DNA of 64,000 nucleotides, taken from NCBI GenBank assembly GCA_965218795.1, contig OZ244653.1, positions 3,584,001 to 3,648,000 on the forward strand, given 5' to 3'. The translations under genes and the position numbers were made by a program. The DNA is from a bacterium. GTDB lineage: Bacteria; UBA8248; JACPRG01; G963555815. Under the pieces are notes generated by a model. The model saw nothing but the letters and a program-made list of their open reading frames with translations, was not told the origin of the DNA and did not search any database. Of this stretch, positions 18,543 through 29,800 are shown piece after piece; position 1 is the stretch's first letter; each line of letters opens with the position of its first letter.

Positions 18543-19439
18543 GTGAGCTCATTCGATCTCAATGGGTATATGAAGGAAAAAGCCGCCCTCGTGAACGAGC
18601 GGCTGGAGGCGTTCGTCCGCGGAAAAAGGGATGAGAACGGCCTCTACGAGGCGATGGAGTACAGCCTGATGGCCGGCGGCAAGCGGCTCCGGCCCATCCT
18701 GGCGCTGGCGGGCGCGGAGGCCGTCGGGGGAGACGCTGCATCCGTTCTCCCGTTTGCGGCCGCGCTGGAGTTCATCCACACCTATTCGCTGGTTCACGAC
18801 GACCTCCCGGCCATGGACGACAGCGACACCCGCCGGGGCCGTCCGACCAGCCACAAACGGTTTGGCGAAGCCGCGGCCATTCTGACGGGGGATGCCCTGC
18901 TGACGCACGCCTTCGAGCTGATGGCTGATCCGGCTCAGACCGGGGATCTCGCCCCCCGGCAGGTCCAGAAGGTGGTGTGCGAGGTCTCCCGAGCCATCGG
19001 GGTGGAAGGCATGATCGGGGGCCAGGCCGCCGACCTCCGGTTCATGGGCGTCCAGCCGGGAGCCGACGATGTGGAATACATCCATCTCCGGAAGACCGCC
19101 GCCCTGATCCGGATATCCGTGTGGGGGGGCGCGGTATTGGGGAACGCGTCGGACTCCGAGGCGGATTCCATCGGCCGTTACGGGCAGAACGTCGGATTGG
19201 CATTTCAAATTGCGGATGATATATTGGATGAAACGGGCGATTCCACGGTGCTGGGAAAGACTGCGGGGAGCGACCAGGAAGCGGAAAAGGCCACTTATCC
19301 GAAGGTTTTCGGTCTCGATCAGTCCCGGAGCCTCGCCCAGGCGCTTGTGGATGCGGCGCTGGAGGAGTTGTCCGGGTTCGGTGAGGGAGCCGAGCCTGTC
19401 CGGAGCATCGCCCATTTCATCGTCGCAAGGGAATTTTGA
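18543..19439 (+). CDS. ispA: Farnesyl/geranylgeranyl diphosphate synthase
   Basis: GGKRLRP, SLVHDDLPAMDD..RRG, FQIADDILD. Confidence 0.95.
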   Translation: MSSFDLNGYMKEKAALVNERLEAFVRGKRDENGLYEAMEYSLMAGGKRLRPILALAGAEAVGGDAASVLPFAAALEFIHTYSLVHDDLPAMDDSDTRRGRPTSHKRFGEAAAILTGDALLTHAFELMADPAQTGDLAPRQVQKVVCEVSRAIGVEGMIGGQAADLRFMGVQPGADDVEYIHLRKTAALIRISVWGGAVLGNASDSEADSIGRYGQNVGLAFQIADDILDETGDSTVLGKTAGSDQEAEKATYPKVFGLDQSRSLAQALVDAALEELSGFGEGAEPVRSIAHFIVAREF

Positions 19440-19584
19440 CCATGCCGAATCTGATCAGGCCCCCGCAAATCCGATAAGACGGCGGGCGGTTCGAACCCCG
19501 CCTCTGCATCCGTGACCGGGGGATCCTGCAAACCCATCGTTCTGCTTACTGCAATCGGCGCGCTGTTTGGAGGCCTGATTCAAA

Positions 19585-21534
19585 ATGGAAATTCTGAACA
19601 CCATCGACAGCCCCGAAGACCTTCGCCGCCTCACGGTCCCTCAGGTGGAGCAGTTGGCCGCCGAGGCTCGCGATGAGATCGTTCGGGTCACGACGACCGT
19701 CACCGGAGGCCACCTGGGCGCCAACCTGGGCTCGGTGGAGCTGACGCTCGCCCTGCACTATGTGTTCGACACCCCCGAAGACCAGCTCGTATGGGACGTC
19801 GGTCATCAGGTGTACACCCACAAGCTCATTACGGGAAGGCGCGAACGGTTTGAGACCATCCGGCAGTTCGAGGGGTTGTACGGATTCACCAAGAGAGGCG
19901 AAAGCCCCTATGACATCTTCACGACGGCGCACGCCGGAACGGCGATCTCCACGGCTTTCGGACTGGCCGAGGCCCGCGACAAGCAGGGGCGGAAACACCG
20001 GGTCATCGCGGTGGTGGGAGACGGCGCGATGACCTCGGGCATCGCGATGGAAGGTCTCAACAACGCCGGCGCCTCCGACACCAATTTCATCATCATCCTC
20101 AACGACAACAAGATGTCCATCGCTCCGAACGTTGGAGCCTTTTCCACCTACCTCAACCGGATCATGACCGGCCATCTGTTCGTGCGCCTGCGGAAGGAGT
20201 TCACCAAGCTGCTCAAGCAGATTCCGGGAATCGGCAACACGGCGGTGAAGGTCGCCCGCAAGCTGGAAGAGGCCGCGAAATCACTGCTTTCTCCGGGGGT
20301 CGTCTTTGAGGAGCTGGGATACAAGTACATCGGCCCCCTCCAGGGGCACAACATCGGCGCGCTGGTTCAGACTTTCGAGAACATCAAGGATTTCGAAGGT
20401 CCCTTGCTGGTTCACGTGTTGACCGAGAAAGGCAAGGGCTGGAAACCCGCCGAAGATGATTTCCTGAGAAAGCACGGGGTGTCCGCGAAGAAGCCCGCAC
20501 CCCCGGACAAGGGGAACGGAAAGGTTGCGCCGCCCTCGTATACCGGCGTGTTCGCCAAAGCCATGATCAAGCTGGCCGATCGGGACGAGCGCATCATCGG
20601 AATCACGGCGGCCATGCCGGACGGCACGGGCCTCGACAAGTTCAGCGAGGTCCATCCGGATCGGTGCTATGACGTGGGCATTTCGGAGCAGCACGGCGTG
20701 GCCTTCGCCGCCGGCCTGGCGGCCCAGGGGCTGAAACCCGTTGCGGCGATCTATTCCTCATTTCTCCAGCGGGCGTACGACCAGATATTCCACGACGTCT
20801 GCCTCCAGAACCTGCCGGTCACCTTCGCCCTGGACCGGGGAGGGGTCGTCGGCGAAGACGGACCCACCCACCACGGCGTTTACGACATGACCTATCTGCG
20901 GGCGTTCCCGAACATGGTGATCATGTCGCCCAAGGATGAGAACGAGCTTCAGCACATGCTTCATACCGGCATCGAGCATCCCGGACCCGCGGCAATCCGC
21001 TATCCCCGGGGATCGGGCCTGGGGGTTCCGCTGGACGAGGAATGCCGTCTTCTGGAGATCGGCAAAGGCGAAATCCTCAGGGAAGGCGATCATGTCGCGT
21101 TGTTGGGCATCGGCCGGCCGGTTGCTCCCTCTCTGCAGGCGGCCGAGCTTCTGGCCGAAGAGGGGATCGAGGCCACCGTCGTCAATATGCGGTTTGCCAA
21201 ACCCGTGGATGCCGATCTCGTCCGCACCCTGGCCCGGAACGTGAAAAGACTCATCACGCTCGAGGATCACACCCTGTGCGGCGGATTCAGCAGCGCCGTG
21301 TTGGAGACCCTGGCCGATCAGGGGTTGTTGCGCAGCACCCGGGTCCTTCGCCTGGGAATCCCGGACGCCTTTGTGCCTCACGGGGCGCCGAAGATCCTCA
21401 TGAAGCTCATCGGGATTGACCCGGACAGCATCGTGGAAGCGGCGCGGGAGTTCATCAACAACTCCCGGTTCCACCAGCATCAGCCCGAGATTGCAAGGAT
21501 GGCGCTGGATGGGAAGAAGGCGGCGGCTCGATAG
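19585..21534 (+). CDS. dxs: 1-deoxy-D-xylulose-5-phosphate synthase
   Basis: GGHLG, WDVGHQ, GDGAMT..NDN, DGPTHHG, IRYPRG. Confidence 0.97.
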   Translation: MEILNTIDSPEDLRRLTVPQVEQLAAEARDEIVRVTTTVTGGHLGANLGSVELTLALHYVFDTPEDQLVWDVGHQVYTHKLITGRRERFETIRQFEGLYGFTKRGESPYDIFTTAHAGTAISTAFGLAEARDKQGRKHRVIAVVGDGAMTSGIAMEGLNNAGASDTNFIIILNDNKMSIAPNVGAFSTYLNRIMTGHLFVRLRKEFTKLLKQIPGIGNTAVKVARKLEEAAKSLLSPGVVFEELGYKYIGPLQGHNIGALVQTFENIKDFEGPLLVHVLTEKGKGWKPAEDDFLRKHGVSAKKPAPPDKGNGKVAPPSYTGVFAKAMIKLADRDERIIGITAAMPDGTGLDKFSEVHPDRCYDVGISEQHGVAFAAGLAAQGLKPVAAIYSSFLQRAYDQIFHDVCLQNLPVTFALDRGGVVGEDGPTHHGVYDMTYLRAFPNMVIMSPKDENELQHMLHTGIEHPGPAAIRYPRGSGLGVPLDEECRLLEIGKGEILREGDHVALLGIGRPVAPSLQAAELLAEEGIEATVVNMRFAKPVDADLVRTLARNVKRLITLEDHTLCGGFSSAVLETLADQGLLRSTRVLRLGIPDAFVPHGAPKILMKLIGIDPDSIVEAAREFINNSRFHQHQPEIARMALDGKKAAAR

Positions 21535-22318
21535 CCTGCTGGTCGATAGAGGTCTGGCGCCGACCCGCGAGCGGGCCAAGGCGCTGATTCTGGCCGGGGC
21601 CGTTGAGGCGGGAGGCCGTAGAGATCTGAAGCCCGGCACCGCTGCCGAACCCGATACTTCCATTCGAATCCTTTCTGATCCCATACCCTATGTCAGCCGC
21701 GGCGGCGTGAAGCTCGATCACGCGCTGAAGGCTTTCGGGCTGGATGTTTCCGGCCGGGTGTGTCTGGACGTGGGCGCCTCGACCGGCGGTTTCACCGACT
21801 GTCTGCTCGCAGTCGGGGCGTCGGCGGTTTTCGCCGTCGATGTGGGGTGGGGCCAGCTCGATTGGGGCCTTCGCAACGATCCCCGCGTGACGGTTATCGA
21901 AGGGGTCAACGCGCGAGCCCTGTCCGTAGAGGATCTGCCGGCCCGGCCCGACTTCGCGGTGGTGGACGTCTCGTTCATTTCCCTGCGGCTGATCTGGCCC
22001 CCCGTCGCCGCGGTGCTGAATCCCGGGGGATGGATTCTCTCGCTGGTCAAGCCCCAGTTTGAAGTCGGAAAGGGGGAGGTGGGTAAGGGCGGCGTGGTCC
22101 GGGAAGCCTCCAAGCACGTCTCCGTCCTTGCGGGGCTGGTGGAATGCTGCGGGGCCGGCGGGCTGGCCGTGAACGGGGTGATCGCTTCCCCCATCACCGG
22201 GGCCAAGGGAAACGTCGAATACTTCCTGCTCCTCGATCCGGAGGGCGGCCGGAGCCGGGTGACCCTGGATGAGTTGGAGACAACGGTTTCGGAAGTCATG
22301 AGCGGGGGCGTTGCATGA
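21509..22318 (+). CDS. tlyA: TlyA-family rRNA 2'-O-methyltransferase
   Basis: S4 domain, YVSRGGVKL, DVGASTGGFTD, LVKPQFE. Confidence 0.95.
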   Translation: MGRRRRLDSLLVDRGLAPTRERAKALILAGAVEAGGRRDLKPGTAAEPDTSIRILSDPIPYVSRGGVKLDHALKAFGLDVSGRVCLDVGASTGGFTDCLLAVGASAVFAVDVGWGQLDWGLRNDPRVTVIEGVNARALSVEDLPARPDFAVVDVSFISLRLIWPPVAAVLNPGGWILSLVKPQFEVGKGEVGKGGVVREASKHVSVLAGLVECCGAGGLAVNGVIASPITGAKGNVEYFLLLDPEGGRSRVTLDELETTVSEVMSGGVA

Positions 22319-22605
22319 CCGAGGCGGACGAACGGAAGGCCCGCGGGATCATTCGCCGGTCGACCGTCTCCGCCGCGGTGGCCGAGGCCGCTCCCGGACC
22401 CCTCGGGGGGATTGCGGAGGTTCCCGTTCTTCAGACCAGAATGCTCGTGGAGATGAGCGAGGTCTTCGGCCGGCCGCTCCGGTTGAAAGAAGCCAGAGAC
22501 CTGGTCGGCCTGTTGGGCGGGGCGACGGCCTTTCGCTATCTGTGCCGCAGGTTCGCGCTACGGGCCTGTCGGGCCTTTCCTCCTCCAAGCAGGGGGTTTC
22601 TGTGA
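22315..22605 (+). CDS. Small hypothetical protein, weak DUF697-like
   Basis: Translationally coupled ORF; ..SAAVAEAAPGP..VLQTRMLVEMSEVFG pattern. Confidence 0.45.
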   Translation: MTEADERKARGIIRRSTVSAAVAEAAPGPLGGIAEVPVLQTRMLVEMSEVFGRPLRLKEARDLVGLLGGATAFRYLCRRFALRACRAFPPPSRGFL

Positions 22606-22946
22606 AACAGTTTCTCTTCGGGATAGCGGCGTTCGCCTTGGGGCAGAGGGCCCTGCGATACTTCCGCTCGCGCAGGGCGAAAGGGGACGCAGGGCGAGGC
22701 GACTCCGGCTTCACTCGGAAGCCGGGATGGGCGCAGGTGATAACCGATTTTGAACACGAGGTCGGCGCCCTCAAGCTGGAATGGGAAACGGGGGCGAGAA
22801 CCAAGAAAGACTACCGCCGCGCCCTCGACGACCTGGAAGATAAGTTGAACGCCCTCCGGGAGGAGATAACCGAGGAAACCTACCGCCGCGCCCTCGCCGG
22901 CCTGGAAGATCGGTTGAACGCCCTCCGGGAAACGTCCGTCGAATGA
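22602..22946 (+). CDS. Small membrane-anchored protein with a duplicated C-terminal helix
   Basis: GTG overlaps the upstream stop; hydrophobic N-terminus; YRRALxxLEDxLNALRE occurs twice. Confidence 0.55.
   Translation: MKQFLFGIAAFALGQRALRYFRSRRAKGDAGRGDSGFTRKPGWAQVITDFEHEVGALKLEWETGARTKKDYRRALDDLEDKLNALREEITEETYRRALAGLEDRLNALRETSVE
22811..22930 (+). repeat. Intragenic direct repeat with a 69-bp period
   Basis: CTACCGCCGCGCCCTCG..CCTGGAAGAT..GTTGAACGCCCTCCGGGA at 22811 and 22880. Confidence 0.9.
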
Positions 22947-23542
22947 TTCCAGACGGTCTCGGACCCGCGCTCTGGGTCCCTCCCCTGGCGGGGGCGCTCA
23001 TCGGGTATGCAACGAACTACCTGGCCATCTGGATGTTGTTTCATCCGAGGGCCCCGATCCGGGTCCTGGGACGGCCGGTCCCTTTTTCGCCGGGCCTGAT
23101 CCCGCGTGAGCGCGGGCGCCTGGCCGAAGCCATCGCCGAATCCGTCCAGCGGGAGCTTCTCTCCGGCCGGGAGCTGGTTGATTTGCTGAAGGATTCCTCC
23201 CTCAAGCGGCAGGCGGTGAGGACCGTCGGCGATCTGGTGGATGACAAGTTGAAGCCGTTTCCCCTTCCCGAACCCCTTCGTTACCAAATCAAGCTCCTGC
23301 TGGCCCGTGAGGTGGTGAAGCAGGTCGACGCCTTTTTCGAGGAGCGAGCCCCGCACGTCGCCGAAAGCCTGGACGTGAAGGGAGCCGTCGCGGGTAAACT
23401 GAACCAGATGGACCTGGCCGAGATCGAGGCCCTGGCGTACCGCGTCTCCGGCCGGCATCTTCGATTCATTACCTGGTTCGGCGGGGTGATCGGCCTCCTG
23501 GTCGGATGCTTCCAGGCGCTGATCATCCTGTGGCTCAGGTGA
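22943..23542 (+). CDS. DUF445-family membrane protein
   Basis: GALIGYATNYLAIWMLFHP..GLIP, LRFITWFGGVIG. Confidence 0.85.
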   Translation: MIPDGLGPALWVPPLAGALIGYATNYLAIWMLFHPRAPIRVLGRPVPFSPGLIPRERGRLAEAIAESVQRELLSGRELVDLLKDSSLKRQAVRTVGDLVDDKLKPFPLPEPLRYQIKLLLAREVVKQVDAFFEERAPHVAESLDVKGAVAGKLNQMDLAEIEALAYRVSGRHLRFITWFGGVIGLLVGCFQALIILWLR

Positions 23543-23556
23543 AGGGGACCCGAAGC

Positions 23557-26500
23557 ATGGTATCGAATGCGGGCGGCCGCCTGACGGTACGGACCGGTCC
23601 TTTCCATCCTGATTTGGAGCGTGGTCTTCAAGAGATTCTGGAGTCCCGGCTGGCATCCATCCGGCAGAGCCGCCGGCTGAGTCCCTGTGCGATTGTCTCG
23701 CTCTCCGGGGAAATTCGCCGGTATCTGAAACACCGAATCACCCTCCGGTGGCGGATGAGGCTGGCCGGCGTCCACTTGTTGACGGCCGATTCCCTGAGCC
23801 GGCGCATCGTGGCGACGGCGCCCGCCGGACAAATCAGCCGGAGAGTGGACGACCTGGTCCTGGCGGACCTGGTGCGGGATGCCGTCTTGAACGAAAAATT
23901 TCCGTCCGAGTGGAAAGACCTCGTCCGGTCTGCCGGAGGCGCCGCCGCTCTCCTGAGAACCCTGCGGGACCTCGAAGAAGCGCGGATTCCCCCCGAGGCC
24001 GGACAGCGGGAGCCCGTGCTGCGTCTTCACCGCTCGTATCAGGCGGCGCGCAAGCACCTGGGGCTGGGGACTCCGACCGATTCTGTGGAGGAAGCCATCC
24101 GGGTCGCCCATGAATCCCGGTTCCTCCAGTCCCTCGAAAAAATCGTCTATTACGGCTTTTACGATCTGACGCAGATCCAGATGGACCTGTTGGCGAAGGT
24201 GTCCGCGCTCTGTCCGGCATCGGTCCTCTTCCCTTGCGTGGCGGATCACCGGGCATACGGTTTCGCCAACGAGTTCCTGGAGGAGCTCCGGGCTCGATTC
24301 AAGGACATGGAAATCCGGCCGGCCGCGGACCCGGGGATACCCGGTCGTGCCGAGGGTGGCGGGAGCGCCCCGTTACGGTCCGCCATGGGCCGTCTGTTCT
24401 TGGAGACCCGGGCTGACGGTTCCTTCGGCATCGCCGGGGATTCGCTGCGGTTTTTCACCGGCTCGGGACCCGAGGCCGAGCTGGAGACCGCCGCAAAGGA
24501 GATCCTCCGCTGGACGGAAGAGGGGCTCGACTTCAGCGGGATGGGTATCATCGCCCGCGACCTGAGGCCTTATCTTCCATTTCTCCATTCGGTTCTCACG
24601 GCCCACGCCATCCCTTTCCGGACGCCCGAAAAACTGCCGGTCTCCCGACTGCCCTGGGCAAAAGCGCTGGGGGCGCTTCACCGGATCCTGGCCGAAGGAT
24701 TTCCCAAGACGGACGTTCTCGAGTGGACGAGCTCGCCATATTCCGCCTTTCGGGAAGAAGAATCCACATCGGATCATTCCGTCCGGTCGGCGTTGCGGCG
24801 GTCCGGCGCAATCCGCGGCCTGGATGATTGGAAGAAGCTCGCACAGGCCTCCCCGGCGGAATTGGCCGGCTCTCTCCATCCGGGCGCGGAGGGTCAAGCT
24901 CCGGAACCCGAGGATGTCAAGGAGGCCTTCCGGCGGTTTCAGAGGCCCCTGCAGCGTCTGATCGAGGCCGTCGGGCGGTTTCCCGCGAGGTGCGAATGGA
25001 GCGGCTTTATCGATGCCTACAGGACGCTCCTCCGGGAAGTGATGATTTTCCCCGTTATGGAATCAGAAGAGGCGGCCGATCTCCGGACGGTTGACGTCGA
25101 ATCCGGCTGGAGGTTGATCGAAGACGTCCTCGAATCCGTCGGCATCAGAATCGGCATCAGAAAAGGAGCCGGGCAAGAGGTCGAAGCCGCGGATTTTCTT
25201 TCAGTCGTGGATGAGCAGCTTGCGGCCCATGAGGTCCCGTATTGGGATTTTACCCATCCGGGCATTGAGGTCCTGAACGCGCGCGATGCACGGGCCAAAC
25301 AGTTCGCCGCGGTCATCGTCATGGGTCTTCAGGAAGGGGTCTGGCCCCGGAGGGAAAATGCGGACCCGTTTCTCGGCGAGGGCATGAGGGAGCGGTTGTC
25401 GAAGAGGTTCTCAGTCCGTCTTCTGAAGGGACCCGAAGGTGTCGAGGAGGAACGGTTGCTCTTTATGCTGGCGCTCACATCCGCGGAGCGATACGTCACG
25501 CTGACATGCCAGCGGTCCGGGGAGGACGGCCGGCCGCTGGTCCGCTCGTGGTACGTGCACGAAGTCGCCCGCGCTTTGGGACATGAAGACGGCAGCCTGC
25601 CGTCGGAGATCCATGTCCCCCGCCGTCTCGACGAACGAATCGGAAATCGGCTGTTTGCCGAACACCTTTGGACCCCCCAGGAATGGAGCGCGCATCTGGC
25701 GGCCAATCGGCAGGACTCATCGGAATTGTCGAGAATCCGGGGGATCCCGGCGGAGTTCTTGAATCGCGGTTTCGACGCCGGTCTTCGACTGGACCGCCTG
25801 GGGGAGACGTTGACGGACCGGGACGGCATGACAGGCAGGCTCCCGGACCTGTGGGAAAGCCTTCGCGGCCGGGGATTCGCGCCGACCGCGCTGGAGCAAT
25901 ACGCGCGGTGCCCGTTCCGATTCTTCGCCGAATACGCCCTCGATCTGGAGGAATTGACGGATCCGGAAGAATCCCCCGGGTTGGAAGCAGTGGAAATGGG
26001 CCGTCTTCTCCACCGGATTTTCCAGCGGTTTTTCAAGGAGTGGTCATCCGGTCGGCCGGACGATGCGCAGGAGCTTCTCCGGGAAGTCATCGAGTCCACC
26101 CTGAAGGCTTACGAGGAGAAGGTCCCGGTCGGTTATCCGCTTCTCTGGAGTCGGACCCGAGAGGAGATCCGATCGCTCGCGGAGCTTTATATTCTGGAAG
26201 GGTTGGGGTCCCTGGCGGAGAGCGGATACCGGCCCGTGGCGTACGAGAAATCGCTCGAAACGACGCTTCTGGACGTGCCGCAGTTCCCCTCCTTCCTCCG
26301 CGGGGTCAAGATTCGGGGCCGTCTGGACCGGATCGACCGGCGGGAAGGAGAGGCGGGGATCGAGATCCGCGTGGTGGATTACAAGTACCGAAGCGGGTCG
26401 AAACCTTCTAGGGGAAAACTGGAGCAGGATGCCCTGCGGGGGTCGAGACTTCAGCCGCCCTTCTACGTCCTGCTGGCCGAAGCCCAGGAGCGCGATGCAA

Positions 26501-26820
26501 AGGCCAGCGCGGAATTTCACTACCTTGCGCCCCATTGGCCCGAGCCGGCGGACCGCCGGGACGCCTTCCCGGCCGGGCAGTGGCGGCAATCGCCGTGGGC
26601 GGGGGAAATGGCAAAGTCCCTCGCCGCCATCTTGGGGGGCATTCGCGACGGGCACTTCTACATCATCCCGAAGGACGGCGAATACGGTCACTGCGCGACC
26701 TGTTCCTATCAGGTCCTTTGCCGGAGGAACCACCGGTCCACCCGATACCGGCAGAAGGCGGACCCCCGGACCCTTGCCATCGAGGGCCTATCGGAAAAGA
26801 AATGGCCGCCGAAACAATGA
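23557..26820 (+). CDS. addB: AddB-like inactive helicase / Fe-S PD-(D/E)xK nuclease
   Basis: EERLLF, PTALEQYARCPF, RGRLDRID..VVDYK, CATCSYQVLC. Confidence 0.85.
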   Translation: MVSNAGGRLTVRTGPFHPDLERGLQEILESRLASIRQSRRLSPCAIVSLSGEIRRYLKHRITLRWRMRLAGVHLLTADSLSRRIVATAPAGQISRRVDDLVLADLVRDAVLNEKFPSEWKDLVRSAGGAAALLRTLRDLEEARIPPEAGQREPVLRLHRSYQAARKHLGLGTPTDSVEEAIRVAHESRFLQSLEKIVYYGFYDLTQIQMDLLAKVSALCPASVLFPCVADHRAYGFANEFLEELRARFKDMEIRPAADPGIPGRAEGGGSAPLRSAMGRLFLETRADGSFGIAGDSLRFFTGSGPEAELETAAKEILRWTEEGLDFSGMGIIARDLRPYLPFLHSVLTAHAIPFRTPEKLPVSRLPWAKALGALHRILAEGFPKTDVLEWTSSPYSAFREEESTSDHSVRSALRRSGAIRGLDDWKKLAQASPAELAGSLHPGAEGQAPEPEDVKEAFRRFQRPLQRLIEAVGRFPARCEWSGFIDAYRTLLREVMIFPVMESEEAADLRTVDVESGWRLIEDVLESVGIRIGIRKGAGQEVEAADFLSVVDEQLAAHEVPYWDFTHPGIEVLNARDARAKQFAAVIVMGLQEGVWPRRENADPFLGEGMRERLSKRFSVRLLKGPEGVEEERLLFMLALTSAERYVTLTCQRSGEDGRPLVRSWYVHEVARALGHEDGSLPSEIHVPRRLDERIGNRLFAEHLWTPQEWSAHLAANRQDSSELSRIRGIPAEFLNRGFDAGLRLDRLGETLTDRDGMTGRLPDLWESLRGRGFAPTALEQYARCPFRFFAEYALDLEELTDPEESPGLEAVEMGRLLHRIFQRFFKEWSSGRPDDAQELLREVIESTLKAYEEKVPVGYPLLWSRTREEIRSLAELYILEGLGSLAESGYRPVAYEKSLETTLLDVPQFPSFLRGVKIRGRLDRIDRREGEAGIEIRVVDYKYRSGSKPSRGKLEQDALRGSRLQPPFYVLLAEAQERDAKASAEFHYLAPHWPEPADRRDAFPAGQWRQSPWAGEMAKSLAAILGGIRDGHFYIIPKDGEYGHCATCSYQVLCRRNHRSTRYRQKADPRTLAIEGLSEKKWPPKQ

Positions 26821-29800
26821 AATCCATCCCGGTGGAAGCGGGTCTGCGGGATGCGACCGAGCGGGAGAAGGCCGTCACGACGTTTGAACGCAATGTGGTG
26901 GTCACCGCGGGAGCCGGAACGGGCAAAACCGCCCTCCTGACCGCGCGGCTTCTCCGTCTCCTTTTTCGAAGGGATCATCCGGCCCAGCCGGACCAATGCG
27001 CGGCGCTGACGTTTACGAACAAGGCCGCCGGGGAGATGGCCGATCGTCTGCGCGATTACCTGGAGAGGATCATTCGATGGTCCTCCGCGGGGGGCCCTTC
27101 CGGCGAGAGCCAAGGCGTCGCCGCCGGAATCTATCGCTCCATCGTTGAGCGGTATGGATGGACGGAGGAAGCGTTGGGGCGGCGCGCCCGCGAGATTCTC
27201 CGGGGAATCGAGCAAACTCCCATCTCCACCTACCACGGGTTCGCCGCCCGGCTCTTGAGGCGGTACCCGCTGCAGGCCGGCGTGGACCCCTCCTTTCAGG
27301 AGGATGACGGAACCGTCTTCGATGAACGGTTCGAGCGCGATTGGCAGGCTTGGCTGGCCGATGAACTGGGTGAACGCCCCTCTCGAAAGGAATTGTGGGA
27401 GCGTGCGCTGGACGCATTCCATCTGGAGGAGCTCAGCAGCCTGGCCGGAAAATTGTGCTCGGAGATCCTTCCGCTGGATGAGCTGGAGCGAGCCCTGCGC
27501 GACGGCTCGCTGTTTGAAGTGGATGAGGAATGGCTGGCGGGGATTCTGGAAGAAGCGGAGAACCTGATCGCGCAGTTCCCGGACATAAGAAGAAAAGTCC
27601 ACAAGCATACCGAGGCGGCCTTTCGGATCCTGCAAGGGGTTCGGGACGGGAAGGATGAAGCCGGTCTCCTGGAACACCTCGATGCCATCCGCGAAGGATC
27701 CCGGAGCAAGACCCGTGATTTGACGGATGAGGACTATGAGTCTTGCCGGCGGGTCATCCGGATTGCGGAGGGGCTCGCTTCGCTGGACCGGAGGGCCCTT
27801 GAAGACGCCCTGACCGCCGTCCTCCCGTTCTCACGCAAGTTCAGGGAGGATTTCATCCGGATGGGATACCTGACCTTCGATGCCCAGCTGGCCCGGGCCC
27901 GCAACCTCCTCCGCGATCACCCCGACGTCCGGGGGGAGCTGAAACGGCGGATTCGCCATCTCCTCCTGGACGAATTCCAGGATACCGATCCCATTCAATA
28001 CGAGATCGTCTTCTACCTGGCGGAGGAACCGGAATCGATTGCGGCCGACTGGCGGGAGGTTCGCCTGGAGCCCGGCAAGCTCTTCGTGGTGGGCGACCCG
28101 AAACAATCCATCTACAAGTTCAGGGGGGCGGACATCGAGGCCTACACCGCCCTGCTTGAGGATATTCTCGATGAGCCTCCCATGCGGCTCAGCGTGAATT
28201 TCCGAAGTCACGATCGGCTGGTCGATGTGGTCAACGGGGTGTTCGGGGCATTGCTTCAGGAGAAGGAGAAGATCCAGCCTGTGTATCATCCCGCCCATCC
28301 CCGCCCGGACGCACCGGCCGCGCTGGACGCCCAAAAGGTCGAGGTGCGGGTCGTCGGGCCTGGAGGCGGCAAGTTATGGAATGCGGAAGAAGCGGCCCAC
28401 TTCGAAGCGCGCGAGATCGCCCGGTGGATTCGGGAGGACCTGGTCCACGTGGAGAAAATCCCGGACGCCGGAGGGCGGATCCGCGCGATGGAGTACGGTG
28501 ACATCGCCCTCCTTTTCCGCAAGACGACCGGCATCGGCTCGTACATCGATGCCTTGCGCGAGTGGAGCGTTCCCTATCTGGTCGAATCCGCGCGCGGTTT
28601 CTTTGAGACGCAGGAGGTCACGGATTTCCTGAATCTCCTCGCGGCTCTCGCATTCCCCGAGGACCGCCTCGCCCTGGCGGGGGTCCTCCGCTCGCCCCTT
28701 GGGGGCCTGACGGACAAGGAACTTTTGGAATGGTCGCAGACGGATGGGGAACCGGCAAAGAATTCGTCCAAGGCCGAGGCCGTCATCCGGCGGCTCGATC
28801 ACCTTCGCAAAGATGTTCAACGGTTGCCGGTTTCGGAGGCCCTCGATAGGATCCTTCAGAGGCTTCCAGTGTTGGAAACCGCGGCCCTCCTCGCCGGCGA
28901 GCAGGGGAGGAGCAACGTCCTGAAGGTCCGCTCGATGGCGCTCGATCGGGAAGGCCGGCTGGGCACGAGCTTCTCCGGGCTCGTGGACTGGCTCCGGAGC
29001 CGGGCGCGGGAGGCGCGGGACGAAGGAGAAAGCCCCCTGGCCGAGGAAAACATCAACGCCGTCCGGCTGATGACGGTTCATAAGGCGAAGGGACTGGAAT
29101 TTCCCGTTGTGGTTCTGGCGGGGTTGCAGGCGGGCGGGCGGCACCCGAAGTCCCGAGTCGATGTCCGCCGGGAAACGTCGTCCGGCGCCTGGGGGCTCAG
29201 AATCGATTCCGTCCAGACGCCACGGATGGTTCGGGCCGACGACCGGGACGTAGACCTCGAGGGCGCAGAAGAGCGGCGGCTGTTCTATGTCGCCGCAACG
29301 CGCGCTCGGGAGCGCCTTGTCTTCTCCGTCGCCCTGAGACACCACCAGGGCGGGAAGCCGGCCAAGGCGGAGGGGTTCCTCGCCCATTTGAGCGAGGCCC
29401 TCGGGCTGGATACGCGCTTATCGCAGGAGGACGCAATCCCCGCCGGCAGCGGGCGGATTGCCCGTGTTGCTGTGCCGCCTCCCGGGACCGATGTCAACGC
29501 AGAGGCGGCCGCCGGACCGGTCGCCACGCCGGCCGGGTTCGAGAAGGCTTGGCTGGACCGGGTGGAGAGAGTGAGGAAGCTTCGAGGTCAGGTGGCGGAA
29601 CGCCGCCCTTCGGAGCTGGACCTGGAGCGCCGGGAGACGGCGGAGATTCTGCATCAGGGCAACGCCGATGACCGGGCCGCTCTCATCGGCCGGGTTGCGC
29701 ACGCCGCATTGGAATCGATCGACTTCGCGGCTCCTCGGAATAAGCTCGAAGCGATTGTGGAAAGGTCCCTGGCGGAATGCCGGGTGGACCCGGAGGGGAA

